Below are positions 35,101-46,026 of a DNA stretch of 64,000 nt, one piece after another. The number at the start of each line of letters is the position of its first letter. Within the stretch, counting starts at the first letter, position 1. The stretch is taken from the NCBI GenBank assembly GCA_905178155.1, contig CAJINV010000010.1, positions 3,430,587 to 3,494,586 of the forward strand. Direction: 5' to 3'. The translations under genes and the position numbers were made by a program. The notes beneath the pieces were generated by a model. The model was not told where the DNA came from and made no database searches. It was given only the letters and a program-made list of their open reading frames with translations. Source of the DNA: Amoebophrya sp. A120. Taxonomy: Eukaryota > Protista > Dinoflagellata.

Positions 35101-37763
35101 GGAATCGCTTCAAAATAGGCAGGCAGGAGTTTGGAAACTGTCGAAGGTTTTGCCAGCTTTTCGAATATTCTCGAATATTCGGAATCGCCGGAATCAGAGG
35201 CGGCGAGACTTCAAATCCTTGCCAAGTTTTTCAACAATTGGGAATGCCAAAAATGCGACCCCCGCCTCTATCTGCGGAGGCTGACATACTCAAAGCAAAT
35301 TACTTCCTCTGCTGGGAATTTTTGCCGAGTTCGTCCGCGGATACTTTCGAATATTCGGAATCGCTTCAAAATAGGCAGGCAGGAGTTTGGAAACTGTCGA
35401 AGGTTTTGCCAGCTTTTCGAATATTCTCGAATATTCGGAATCGCCGGAATCAGAGGCGGCGAGACTTCAAATCCTTGCCAAGTTTTTCAACAATTGGGAA
35501 TGCCAAAAATGCGCCCCCCGCCTCTATCTGCGGAGACTGACATACTCAAAGCAACTTCCTTCCTCTCCTGGAAATTTTTGCCGAGTTCGTCCGCGGATAC
35601 TTTCGAATATTCGGAATCGCCCGAATCAGAGGCGGCGAGGCTTCAAATCCTTGCCAAGTTTTCCAACGCTTGGGACTGCCAGAAATGGTATGGCGCGAAA
35701 GAAAAAACCCGCCAAAATTTACAAAACTAATTGCGGCCGCCGTGCCGCGCGGATTCGCGAAGCCGGCAGCTTCACCAGAAAGCCATCCCGCACGCTATGG
35801 CGCGAACAAAGAAAATCCGCCAAAAGTCGCAAAACCGACTGCGGGCGCCGTGCCGTGCGGATTGACGAAGCCGGCAAACTCTTACGAAGCCCAGCCCGCA
35901 TGGTGTGGCGCGAAAGGAAAAAACCCGCCAAAATTTACGAAAGTAATTGCGGCCGCCGTGCCGTGCGGATTTGCGAAGCCGGCAGCTTCGCCAGAAAGCC
36001 AGCCCGCGCGGTATGGCGCGAACAAAGGAAATTCGCCAAAAGCCGCAAAACCGACTGCCGGCGCCGTGCCGTGCGGATTGGCGAGGCCGGCAACCTCTTA
36101 CGAAGCCCGGCCCGCACGGTAAAGCGCAAAAGGAAAAACTCGCGAAAATTTACAAAAATAATTGCGGCCGCCGTGCCGTGCGGATTCGCGAAGCCGGCAG
36201 CGTCGCCAGAAAGCCAGCCCGCACGGTATGGCGCGAACGTAGGAAATTCGCCAAAAGTCGCAAAGCCGACTGCGGGCGCCGTGCCATGCGGTTTGGCGAA
36301 TCCGGCAAACTCTTACGAAGCCCAGCCCGCACGGTATGACGCGAAGCAAAAAAATTCGCCAAAATTTGCAAAACTAATTGCGACCGCCGTGCCGTGCGGA
36401 TTCGCGAAGCCGGCAGCTTCGCCAGAAAGCCAGCCCGAACGCTATGGCGCGAACGTAAAAAATTTGAAAAAAATCGCGAGACCGACTGCGGGCGCCGTGC
36501 CGTGCGGATTGGCGAAGCCGGCAGCCCCCTTCGAACCCCAGCCCGCACGGCATGGCGCGAATAAGCGAAATTCGCCACAAAAATAAAAAAGGCGGGCGAT
36601 CACCGTCCCGCCGTGACTCGCGCCGATTGCTGATCTGTCCTGAAGCTAATCCGCATGGTATGGCGGCAATTTTTTTTGTGGTTTTGTTTTGCTTTTATTG
36701 TTGACAATAACAATTATCATTTAATTATTTTTTTTCTGACCTGTCGGCTTTTTTCTTTGGGATAGCTCCCATGTCTTACGTATTCCGCATGGCAAACTGC
36801 GTTTTTCCATGACAGGTAAGCGGGCCTTTTCGTGCCTATGCAACACAGATTCTCGAGACATGCCAGACAAGCATGACAGACTTGCATTCTTCCAGAGCCA
36901 GACGCTTTTGCATTTGATAGCGAATTCTCGACCTGCAGATGGTGCAGGTTTTCCGCAAACTCCTCCATTTTCCGCTCCAAATACCGAACTCGGTCCTCGA
37001 GGTGTTGTGGTGGAGCAGGAGAATTTGTCCTAGAAGTAGAACGGGCTTCTACTCCATCACCGTGGTCCTCCGCTGGCAGGGTCGTCGCCCACCTGCTCGT
37101 CGGAAACGATGGATCTTCAACATGCGGCTCCGAGTAGAAGAAGTCGGGAGATGTTGAAGCGGAGTTGTCCTCCTGGCGCAGTGGTCCCGTTCCACTTCTC
37201 TGCAGGACCGAGGAGCTTCTAATGGAGCCAGCAACTACATGCGATTCCGGTGTCTCCTCAGAATAGAAGTACTCGACGTCCCCTTGATGATGATCTTCGT
37301 CGTGTGTTCCTTCTTTATCGCCACTTGAAGATGGCAAGTTGTCGAAACCCCCATTTTCGCCTACATCGAGGAAAACCAGAGAACTACTACCGGTAGTAGA
37401 GCCTCGTGCAGAATGACGATGCAGCTGGGGCGATGAATTCCTCTTGCTGCTCTCATGCACAACATCATCATGCTCAGCCACGTGAACAGCTGCCGTGGTG
37501 GTGGCTGCGGCGACGAGGAAAATGATCCCAGGCGTGAAGGAGATCATGGGCGTAGTAGTTGTTTTAGTTTTTCTCATGCTTGAAGAAACGTTGCGGGTAC
37601 TTACATTACGATTACACCAAATATCATCCTCCGGGCCGTTTGTACGACCTGCTCCGCTCCATTTGTAGCTCTTTGGTGGAAACAAAACCGTTGAAAATTC
37701 CTGTTCGACGTCGACCTTTCGCTTTCGTGACCTCGAGAAGAAAAAGTCGCGCCGGAACGGCAT
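26175..37763 (-). CDS. Multi-pass membrane protein of unknown family, 9 TIR introns (one is 6.1 kb); may extend to 25880
   Basis: Continuous frame VENS|QLKDKL...LLS|AFVGST...GTL|SSVCQN...NPG|LPKL...CL|RAIW...TDS|SSIDQ...NVP|LTYL...VV|DLFD...VVS|GVGLSF; several hydrophobic segments. Confidence 0.78.
27137..27399. mobile_element. Introner family A
   Basis: TIR; direct repeat AGACA. Confidence 0.92.
27539..27797. mobile_element. Introner family A
   Basis: TIR; direct repeat CCACC. Confidence 0.92.
27843..28108. mobile_element. Introner family A, close relative of 27539-27797
   Basis: TIR; flanks GGGCA/CGGCA. Confidence 0.9.
28287..28559. mobile_element. Introner family A
   Basis: TIR; flanks ACCAG/ACGAA. 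Confidence 0.87.
28624..28944. mobile_element. Introner family I
   Basis: TIR; direct repeat CGCAG. Confidence 0.92.
28988..29139. mobile_element. Introner family B
   Basis: TIR; direct repeat CCCCG. Confidence 0.92.
29308..29570. mobile_element. Introner family A
   Basis: TIR; direct repeat GACAG. Confidence 0.92.
30354..30664. mobile_element. Introner family L
   Basis: TIR TATGGG.G.GTCAGG; direct repeat CGGAC. Confidence 0.88.
31170..32025. repeat. Left-arm subrepeats of about 107 bp (alternating, about 215-bp dimer)
   Basis: Recurrent TTCGCGCCATACCGTGCGGGCTGG...AATCCGCACGGCACGGCG. Confidence 0.88.
32025..35690. repeat. 256-bp tandem satellite, about 14 copies
   Basis: Near-identical ORFs recur every 256 bp from 32571 to 35387; the edge copies are diverged. 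Confidence 0.96.
35690..36585. repeat. Right-arm subrepeats, inverted relative to the left arm
   Basis: Recurrent CGCCGTGCCGTGCGGATT...CCAGCCCGCACGGTATGGCGCGAA. Confidence 0.88.
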
Positions 37764-38535
37764 ATGTCAAATTCAAAAGTGGTGACACGGACTTTTTGCT
37801 CTGCGCATGTTGTATGTGAAAGTATGTAAGTAACGATTCTTGTTTCCACGACCCATTTTGGAACAGCCCACGACTAAGAACCCCGCTGCCTTTTGGACGA
37901 ACAATGAGAATGAAGATCCACACTTAATTATTTCGAGACCAAGTAGCTACACAAAACTAGCTCCGACGATCGACGAGAACGACATGATCACAAGATGCAG
38001 CCCGCCCCACACGCAGCAGCTAATACCGACCTGTCCCTGTAGTAAAATAGAATCAAAATAAAAGCATCACGAAGATTTCTTTTCGGCAACGAACGACGAT
38101 TTTCTATATCGGTCGACTCCGAGATAATTAATTACTTACTTACTTATCATCGAACTTAGCAGCAACACAACGACGCACAAGGACTCGACAGCATTGCATT
38201 TCTAAGTGTTGCAGCCGGACCGGCAATGCGTAGTTACTGGTCGTGATAGAACTGCGCCCTACTCTTCTTGCAACCGCCTTTTTTTATCGCAGGGACCGCG
38301 GCGTATCAGCCAGGTACTCGGATAACGATAAGCTGACCAGCTTTAGCATTTCTTGACGAATCTTGGATTATCTCCCTTGCCAGTAGAACTAGAATTTGAT
38401 GTTGTATGCTAAATTTTCATTCCTGTAAGTGTGTATCCTGATGCTCCAATGTGCTTATCACTTGTGAAAATCATTTTCGAAGCAGTGCAGACACGACGAC
38501 GTGCTGCGCCCAGTTGTACAAACTTAGTGCCACAA

Positions 38536-41500
38536 TCAATCGCTCTTGATCCTCGCGTAGATGTAGTGGAGAAACCTCGAGCAGCTCCAATAGGTTATCG
38601 CTCCCATCATCAAGAATATCCCGTACGCGATTACCAAGGAGTAGAGAAAGAAAAAGGATCCCTGCAGAAAGGAATCCATTAGCGACGCTTTGAAGTAGGA
38701 GATGCAGTAGAGGTAGAAAAACACCGCCAGGCTGCTCCCGGAATAGAAAGACCTCCACCACCACTTGTAATTCTCGGCATTCAAAGTCCAGTAGACGAAG
38801 AGCACGGACAGCAAGGCAGACACCATGATGGTCAGAACCAAAGTGAGGAGGAGTATCCCAAAAACTCGGTAGCTCGCGTGGCCTGTAACAATGCACAACT
38901 CCCCCTCCCCCTCATTTGTCATGCAAAATACCAAATTCACACCTTGCACGTAAGCACTGCTAGCATGACAAAGTTTGGAACGTCAAATAGTACTACAATC
39001 CGCATGCAGATTTGTCATGCGAAAGCCCATTTTCTGCTGTTGCTTGTGTTGCTGTTCATGCAACACAAATGAGGGGGAGGGGGAGTTGTGCCCTGTCATA
39101 TGGCCCCAAACGGAGTCAAAGATGTAGTGCAGTTCGGCGTACATGGAGAGGAAAGGGAGGCCGCCGCAGCAAATATACTGAATCAGCACGGACCGGGACC
39201 TTGTGAGGAGGGTTTCGATAAAGTTTTGATGTCTTGTTTATTTCGCGCTTTGATATGGGGTGTGGGTGCAACATCAACATGAGCATGACAAGACAAAAAT
39301 GAAATTTTTTGTGTAGTATCTACTTCGTAATAGGATCATCTTCGCAAGACGAGAAATTCACACGGAATGAAAAGCTGCTTCATATAGAAGTACCAAGTCT
39401 TCGCGTGCGGCGGTATGTGCCTCTCCAGCTTGTTGGTCTTGCAGGGAAAGTAGCTGGCAATTTCGCTGGTTTCGAAGTATTTCTTAATCACCACCTGTCT
39501 CCCCAGCACGCCCCCAACCACCGTCAGGGGGATGGTCACACAGATCCATACGAACAGCAGCAGCACTATCGTCGCGAAGGGAACGGCCACGGTGGAGGAG
39601 TAGAAGATCGCGATGGTGTTCAGCACGGACCAAATTACGAAACAGGGTAAAGCGAACATCAGACTGGTGAGTAAGATGTTTAAGGTCCACCTTTCGCCGT
39701 TCAACACTTGTATCCCACAGAAAAAGTAATAGAGACGCAAGTCAGATAATTTGTAATGCAAAAATAATCCGCAGAAAAATCTGTCATGGACGACCCCATA
39801 GCATGCTGTTTAGGGTACGCATTTTTCTGTGTATTCATTTTTGCATTACAAATCTGCCCTGTCTGCTTTTTTCTGGGGGATAACTTGGTACAAAGACCCG
39901 GACACGTAGCCCGCCACGACCGCGCTGCAAACGTAGAAAAACGTATCGCAGAAAAAAACTATGTGAGTGTAAGTCTGTGATGCAGAAAATGCAAAACTGC
40001 TACACTTGTCATGCTGAATGTGCGTCATGGGCTACTTTCATACGTGTCTCCACTACTACTACCTGCGCATGAGAGGTTTTCCCTGCAATGGAAAGCGAAT
40101 TTGTGAGGCTGCTCTTCCTACAAAGTTACACTTACACAGTTTTTATCCTGCATAAAACGCCATGGAGCTGATCACCGCGTTGTTGTGGTAGTGCCCGAAA
40201 CACCCGAAAAACACTACAGAGAGTGACATGATCAGAATTTGCGTGCCGGTTCCCACCATGGAGGCGAACACCGTGCGGAACTTCGGCGGGCGGAACACGT
40301 CGGCATGGAGGAGCTTCTATGCAGTGCAAAAGTATCGCACTCGTATAAATGCATTACAAATTTCCTCAGCGTGAGAAATAAAATTTGTAATGCGGACTTG
40401 CCTCAAGAAAAAGATTTGTAATGCAAGACATGCATTTATACGAGATACGATACTTTTGCAGAGGATAGCTTCCAGCCGGTATGGGACATAAACTCAAAGG
40501 TGTTGTTATCAATCGCAAATATGTCTGGGTCTGGAATATAATTCTGAGACTTGTCATGCACGTTTTGCATGAGCCATGATGTCGGTGATGCATGCCCTAG
40601 CATCACAGGCTTTTTGAGGGATTCTTGATGCCTATTCCGCATGACAAATGCCCTCTCCGCGTAGCAAAAATTAGATTTCTTTTGCTGCTCATGCAACACA
40701 GATTTTTTTGACATCCAAATGCAGCATCACAAGTTGCATTCTTCCAGACCCAGACATATTTATTGCACTTGATAGTTGTCTAAATCGTCGAAGTCAGAAA
40801 CCAAATCGTCCAACGTTTTGGCCTATCAAGTGCAAATATGTCTGGGTCTGGATGAGCAGAAGTGCAGATGTTTGTAATGCAGGTTTTGCATGACCCAGAG
40901 CGTCTGGCATGCAGGGACTAGCATCACCGGTTTTTCGCGGGGGGCTTCGTGATGCCCCCTACTCTGCATGAGAACAAGTCCGCTCTCATCATGGCCAAGA
41001 ATATGAGACATTAATTTTTGCTGTTCATACAAGACAAATTTTTGTGTGAATTGAAATGTGCATCACAAGTTGCAGCATTCCAGATCCAGACAAATTTGCA
41101 ATGCGTATAGCCTGGCCGCCGCCGTCCGCGTTGGCGTTGCCGATTACGTTGTACTATGGATTGCAAAAATGTCTGGGTCTGGAAGATTGCAACTTGTCAT
41201 GCTAAATCCGAATCATGCAAAAATCTGTGTTGCATGAGTGCCAAAAGCTGTCCACTTTCGACCAAGTTGGGAGGGAGCTTCCCATGCAGGATAGGCATGA
41301 AAGAGACCTCACAAACTCTGTCATGCTAGGTCCCGCATTCCGGACCTCAAGGGCAAGGTCACACTCTTCCAGATCCAGACATTTTTGCATTTCATATGTA
41401 CTGCGGCTTCTTACTCGTTGTCGTCTTGCTTTCGTTGCCCATGGCAGTGTTGAACCCCTCGACGAAGGCGTCGGCTAAGTCAGATTGGAGGTTACGAATC

Positions 41501-44500
41501 AGGACGGAAATCACCACCACGGAAACCACACCCATGACGGCGATGGCGTTCAAAATTCCGAACCAGTGGACCTGAAAAAGTAGTTTTTGTCATGCTTCCC
41601 CGGGTTGCATGACAAAGAGGTCTTGTCATGCTTTGTTTTGCATTACAAATTTATGTACCTTCATATGCGCTCGTCCTTCCCTTCCCTCCTCCTCGGACAC
41701 AATTCCGGCGTAGTTGTTATCGTATGTAAAAACGTCTCCACCCTTGTAAGTAATGCAAAACTGCATGCTGAAAATGTTTCTCATGCGAAGCCCCATGAGA
41801 AGCATTGCCTAGTCGTGTTTTGGAATTTGTCATGCTCCAATCTGCATCATATACGAGATCTGTGATGCTGCTGAACTACCTCAAACAGCACTACACTACG
41901 AGTCCAAATTTGTCATGCAAAACGGCCAAAACATGTGGACTTGTCTAGCCGATTCCCCATCTTGACTATGGGATCGTGGGGACGTTTTTACATAGGATAG
42001 TTGTGCATGATTTGGTACTCCAGCGCCTCGTCCCGGGTCATCCCGTAGTCCGTGTGCGGAAACCAGTGCACGGACATCGTGAACTGGACCTTCATATGCA
42101 TTGCAAAAGTATCGCACTCGTATAAATGCATTACAAATTTTCTCAGCATTAGAAATAAAATTTGTAATGCGGATTTACCTTAAGAAAAGGATTTGTAATG
42201 CATGATTGCAATTACGTACGAGTACGATACTTCTGCACAGGATACTTCAACGACTTTTTCATGTTCGTGTTCATTTTCGCATCCCCATCTATGCATCTTC
42301 AGAAAAGTTATCGCACTACTAGAAATTGCCTTCCAACTTTTTCCAGATGGCATGATTTTTAATGCTAATTTTCTTCAAACAGAGGAAACTTGTCAGCATG
42401 CGTCATCGATGCAAAAATTAGCACGAGTACTATGCGATACTTTTGTAGAAGATACCCTCAGGGAAAGAACCGCTGAAGGAGAAGTATAACTTGCTCAAGC
42501 GTTACAATCTCAAACGTTACAGTAGAATATAGAAATCTGTGATGCAAGAAGTGCATGAGCTAACCTACTCTCACAGGGTTGCGCATGACAAGTTTCGGAG
42601 CCCCAAACCGCACTAGAATCTGCCGAGATCTGTATTGCAGAAAGTGGAACGCTCCGCGATTCTGTCATGCCTAGCATGCAAGACAAAATCCAGATTCTAT
42701 TGTAACGTTTGAGATTCTATCGTTTGAGCGGGTCATATGAAGAGCGGGATGTCGGGTAGCTCCGTCATGTCGGATAGAAGCGGCGAGGTCATCTTCACCT
42801 GCATGATCTCCCCCTTGCTGTGCGTGACCTCAAAGTCGTAGTGGTTGCGCAGGTAGTACTTGGATTTCTTTTTCAGATCCTCCTTCTCCTCTTCCGACAA
42901 ATTCATGTCCTGCTCGTTGTCAATCAGGCCCTCCCTTTTGTGGTACAATTCCGAGACGTACACGCTCCACATCTTCTCGGCCAGATTTTGCTTGTGGAAC
43001 GGCGTTATGGACTGCAAATATCTATGTCTGGGTCTGGAAACTTGTGATGCTAAGATGTGAATGGTGAGCGCAGCCGCAGTGCAATACGCCGTCAAGCATG
43101 ACAAATCTTTGGGCTGCTAATCTGTTTCGTTTTCCGTATGGCAAACTGCGTTTTTGCATGACAGGCAACCAGCCCTTCTCCTGCTCATGCATCACAGATT
43201 TATGAGTCATGCCAGCCTAGCATGACAGATCTTGCATTCTTCCAGACCCAGACATATTTGCAGTTCATAGGCGTCTCTTCCGGGCGGAGGCTGCTTTCCG
43301 CGATCTCCTTGTCCCCTTCCTTCTCCAGTTCTTCATAGTGCTTGGCGTTATTTATCCAACGAAAAAAGTGTTTCACTGTGATAAATTTGCAAGATCCGCA
43401 TCACAAGTTTCTTTACACATGACACAGAAAATTTGTCATGCGCGCTGCCACAGGGAAAACACCCTCCACGAGTCAAGGCCGTGCAGGTGTAGCAACACAA
43501 AAAGTTCTGTGTTCCATTCTATGCATCACAAGTTCACAGTTTTTTCTTTCGATATTATTCGGGGACAGCTTAATGCCGATGAAATCCGAGACGGGAAACT
43601 GATCCACAGAGAGCTCGGCGATGTACCTGGTGGTGTCGCGTGTTCTTTATGTTGTATGTACAACACGTGAAGATGATGCAAGATAGACCTAAACTTGCCA
43701 TTATGGTGCTGGATGATCACATGCATCGTTATGTGCTGCTATTCTGGTACTACGTGCCTTGATGTTGACCACGTGCACGTGCTAGGTTCATTTCTCTGGT
43801 GCCACCATTCATCAAAACAATTTTGTGGTGCCTCCAAAGTAGTACAGAACAAGTGGTCCTCCATGTAGTAACTAAAGCAAGTAAGTACCACTCATCAATC
43901 CCCTTTCTTAGCATCGCGATCTCCCAGGGATTCAGCTCGCGCTCGCAAATAACCTTGGTCTTGGTCTCATACACAAACGCGGAACCCGGTTGACTCGCCT
44001 CTACCTTCCAAAACTGGGAAGGCAGGCGTTTGAAATCTAGCTGGGAAGAAAGCAGCCGGTCGCCCTGGAGTATCTGGCCCAAGGTCATAAACTGCGGGAT
44101 CGGCAACTCGGGGGCGCAGACTAACGGGAAGTCGTAGTACCTGTTGGTGATGTGATATCATAGCATTTGATGTTGACAAACACCCACAACGCGGAAAACA
44201 TGTAGCATGTGCAGCTGCAAAATTTTCATATCCAAAAACTTGTCCAACGTGTCGCATAAAATACCCCAGACGAACTACTGCTCTTACCTGTATGTTTCCT
44301 GCGGGTTTTCGCTCGGCCAGATTTTGTTATCAAAGCGAAAAAAAGCCACCACCCCATAGAAAACAAGAAATTTCTGTTGCTGGATTTCTGTACACAAATC
44401 AGGGCTGTATTGCACATGGCGCTTGGAGGCACTTCCTAAGCCTGAATGATGGGTATGCAGCAAGCTAGCAGTTAGGCAGGGCAGACACCTTTGCAGTATG

Positions 44501-46026
44501 CAAAAGCGCATCACAGATTGGCTGTGGAATGCGCCAAGCGGCTCCCATTTGCCCCATATGCAAGACAGACCTGATTTGTGGTCACAAATCAGCATCACAA
44601 ATTTCCTTCTCGGTATGGGGAAGAGGGATTTTTCCTCACAATACTTGTTGACAAAAACCCGCACGTCATTTGCGTAATCCTTGACGTAAGATTTTGCGGA
44701 TTCCAGATACTGCGTATCCGGTAGAAGTTTGTGGATGAATTTGGTGTAGACGTGCGACTCTGGGATGCTATCAACTGTAAAAATGTCTGGGTCTGGAAGA
44801 TTCTGACACTTGGTTGGTTGGTTGGGTAGCGCCTGTCGCCGGTGCAGGTCCCATCCTCCATCGATTGCGATCCGGAGTAGCCGGAACACGAGGCCCTAGT
44901 GGCACAACTTGTCACGCACGTTTTGCATGAGCCACGATGTCTGTGATGCATACCCTAGCAATACAGATTTTTTGAGGGCTTCTTGATGCCTATTCCGCAT
45001 GACAAATGCCTTCTCAGCGTAGCAAAACTTGGGTTCTCTTTGCTGCTCATGCAATACAGACTTTTTTAGAATCCAAAATCAGCATGACAAGTTGGATTCT
45101 TGCAGACCCAGACATTTTTACGGTTGATAGATGCCATCGTGGTCGTAATCCGCCTCCAACACCCCGTCGCGATCCACATCGGACGTGTGGTGCTCGCGCA
45201 AGTGCTCGACTTCCTCGCTACTCGGATTCCCGCCCAGTAAGGACACAAGCTCCATGTCCTGTTGCGTACTTGTACCGTCGTTGTCTGCCATCATATTGCC
45301 ACCCACCTCCACATCGTCACTCAGCGCGCGACGGTATTCCGATTCCGTTCTGGGAACCTTCAAACCTGATGCGCTAGGAAAACTTCTACCATGCTCTTGT
45401 TTTTGTCCTGCTGTCGTGAGCGAATTGTCTGTAGCATAATTTGCGCCGACCTGGTCTGTTGCAGCCTGGTTGTGCCTACTGTTTGAAGATGAGTCAACTG
45501 CATCCTCGCTTGGTGCTCCTGCCGCCGCTGCACCATGTGAAGATCCTCCTCTTTGGTCCGTTGTCCCACTGCTTGGAGCGGCTGCATCCTCTTGCAACCG
45601 CCTTGGCAGTGCACCTGCGTCCCGACCGGCTCCGGATGTTGAAGTACTACTTCTAAATCCCGCATCTTCGACACCAGCAGCTTGCCGCACCAGATTTCTT
45701 TCCTCTTCAGCGGCCCGGAGCTGTGGCGGTGGTGCGTCGCCTGAGGCGCTGGCGCTGCTACTGGGAAGATTAAGATTATGTTTGTCTTCCGACACCAGCG
45801 CCTGGGCCGCTGCTCCTGGTTCATTATCCGCATCGGAAATTCCCCCGGCCTGTCGGTCCGCGGTGCAAGAGTAAAAATGAGAAAAATGCCCATGAAACTG
45901 CAGTCCGGCGGTTGCGAGAGCCACCACCCGTTGCCGTCGCCTGCTTGAGGAGGCAGATGTCGGTAGTAGGGACGTCGGCTTGCAGCTCCTTTGTGATCTC
46001 CGCATTTTTTCCTCACCCATTTTCAT
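38536..46026 (-). CDS. Transmembrane 9 superfamily (TM9SF/EMP70 nonaspanin) protein, 15 TIR introns plus several GT-AG introns
   Basis: Motifs YYDFPLVC, LGQILQGDR, VHWFGILN, GWKLLHADVFRPP, GGLPFLSMYAELHYIFDSVW, AENYKWWWRSF and C-terminal IYARIKSD. Confidence 0.92.
38884..39100. mobile_element. Introner family F, inverted relative to 13388-13608
   Basis: Left end TGT; direct repeat TGGCC. Confidence 0.9.
39711..39882. mobile_element. Introner family H
   Basis: Homologous to 15709-15879; direct repeat ACTTG. Confidence 0.92.
39944..40154. mobile_element. Introner family D-like
   Basis: Direct repeat AAACG. Confidence 0.87.
40318..40467. mobile_element. Introner family B
   Basis: Direct repeat GCTTC; splits GWK|LLHADVFRPP. 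Confidence 0.93.
40507..40774. mobile_element. Introner family A
   Basis: Direct repeat GTTGT. Confidence 0.9.
40824..41107. mobile_element. Introner family A
   Basis: Flanks TGGCC/TAGCC; right end GTA. Confidence 0.85.
41155..41396. mobile_element. Introner family A
   Basis: Direct repeat TGTAC. Confidence 0.92.
41718..41999. mobile_element. Introner family K
   Basis: Direct repeat GTTGT; inverted homolog of 52950-53229. Confidence 0.9.
42095..42244. mobile_element. Introner family B
   Basis: Direct repeat CTTCA. Confidence 0.92.
42290..42454. mobile_element. Introner family B-like
   Basis: Flanks CCATC/CCCTC. Confidence 0.83.
42485..42737. mobile_element. Introner family C
   Basis: Homologous to 5624-5942; flanks AGAAG/TGAAG. 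Confidence 0.9.
43006..43269. mobile_element. Introner family A
   Basis: Direct repeat GGCGT. Confidence 0.92.
43353..43554. mobile_element. Introner family E
   Basis: Direct repeat TTATT; inverted homolog of 757-974. Confidence 0.88.
44328..44643. mobile_element. Introner family I
   Basis: Flanks TTTGT/CTTGT. Confidence 0.87.
44769..45129. mobile_element. Introner family A carrying a 94-bp insert
   Basis: Direct repeat GATGC. Confidence 0.9.

Larger units (their letters stand above)
30879..36764. mobile_element. 5.9-kb foldback-like TIR element, apparently non-autonomous
   Basis: Both ends read TATCCCAAAGAAAAAAGCCGACAGGTCAGAAAAAAAATAATTAAAT in inverted orientation; target duplication GCTCC; modular arms of about 1 kb. 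Confidence 0.92.
30778..36919. mobile_element. Family A introner split by the 5.9-kb element (halves 30778-30878 and 36765-36919)
   Basis: Left TIR TATGGATTGCAAAAATGTCTGGGTCTGGAA, right end TTCCAGAGCCAGACGCTTTTGCATTTGATA; the rejoined interior resembles 43006-43269. Confidence 0.88.

Noticed and set aside
31170-36585. CRISPR array
   Set aside because: No unique spacers and no cas genes; units are 107 and 256 bp in a eukaryotic context
32052-36586. Repeated 221-aa ORFs and the 399-aa ORF as a protein family or transposase
   Set aside because: They are frame-cycling translations of a 256-bp satellite and the arm modules; no catalytic motifs are recognisable
9386-46026. Genes as transposon-disrupted pseudogenes
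   Set aside because: Frames and conserved motifs stay intact across dozens of junctions, including old eroded elements
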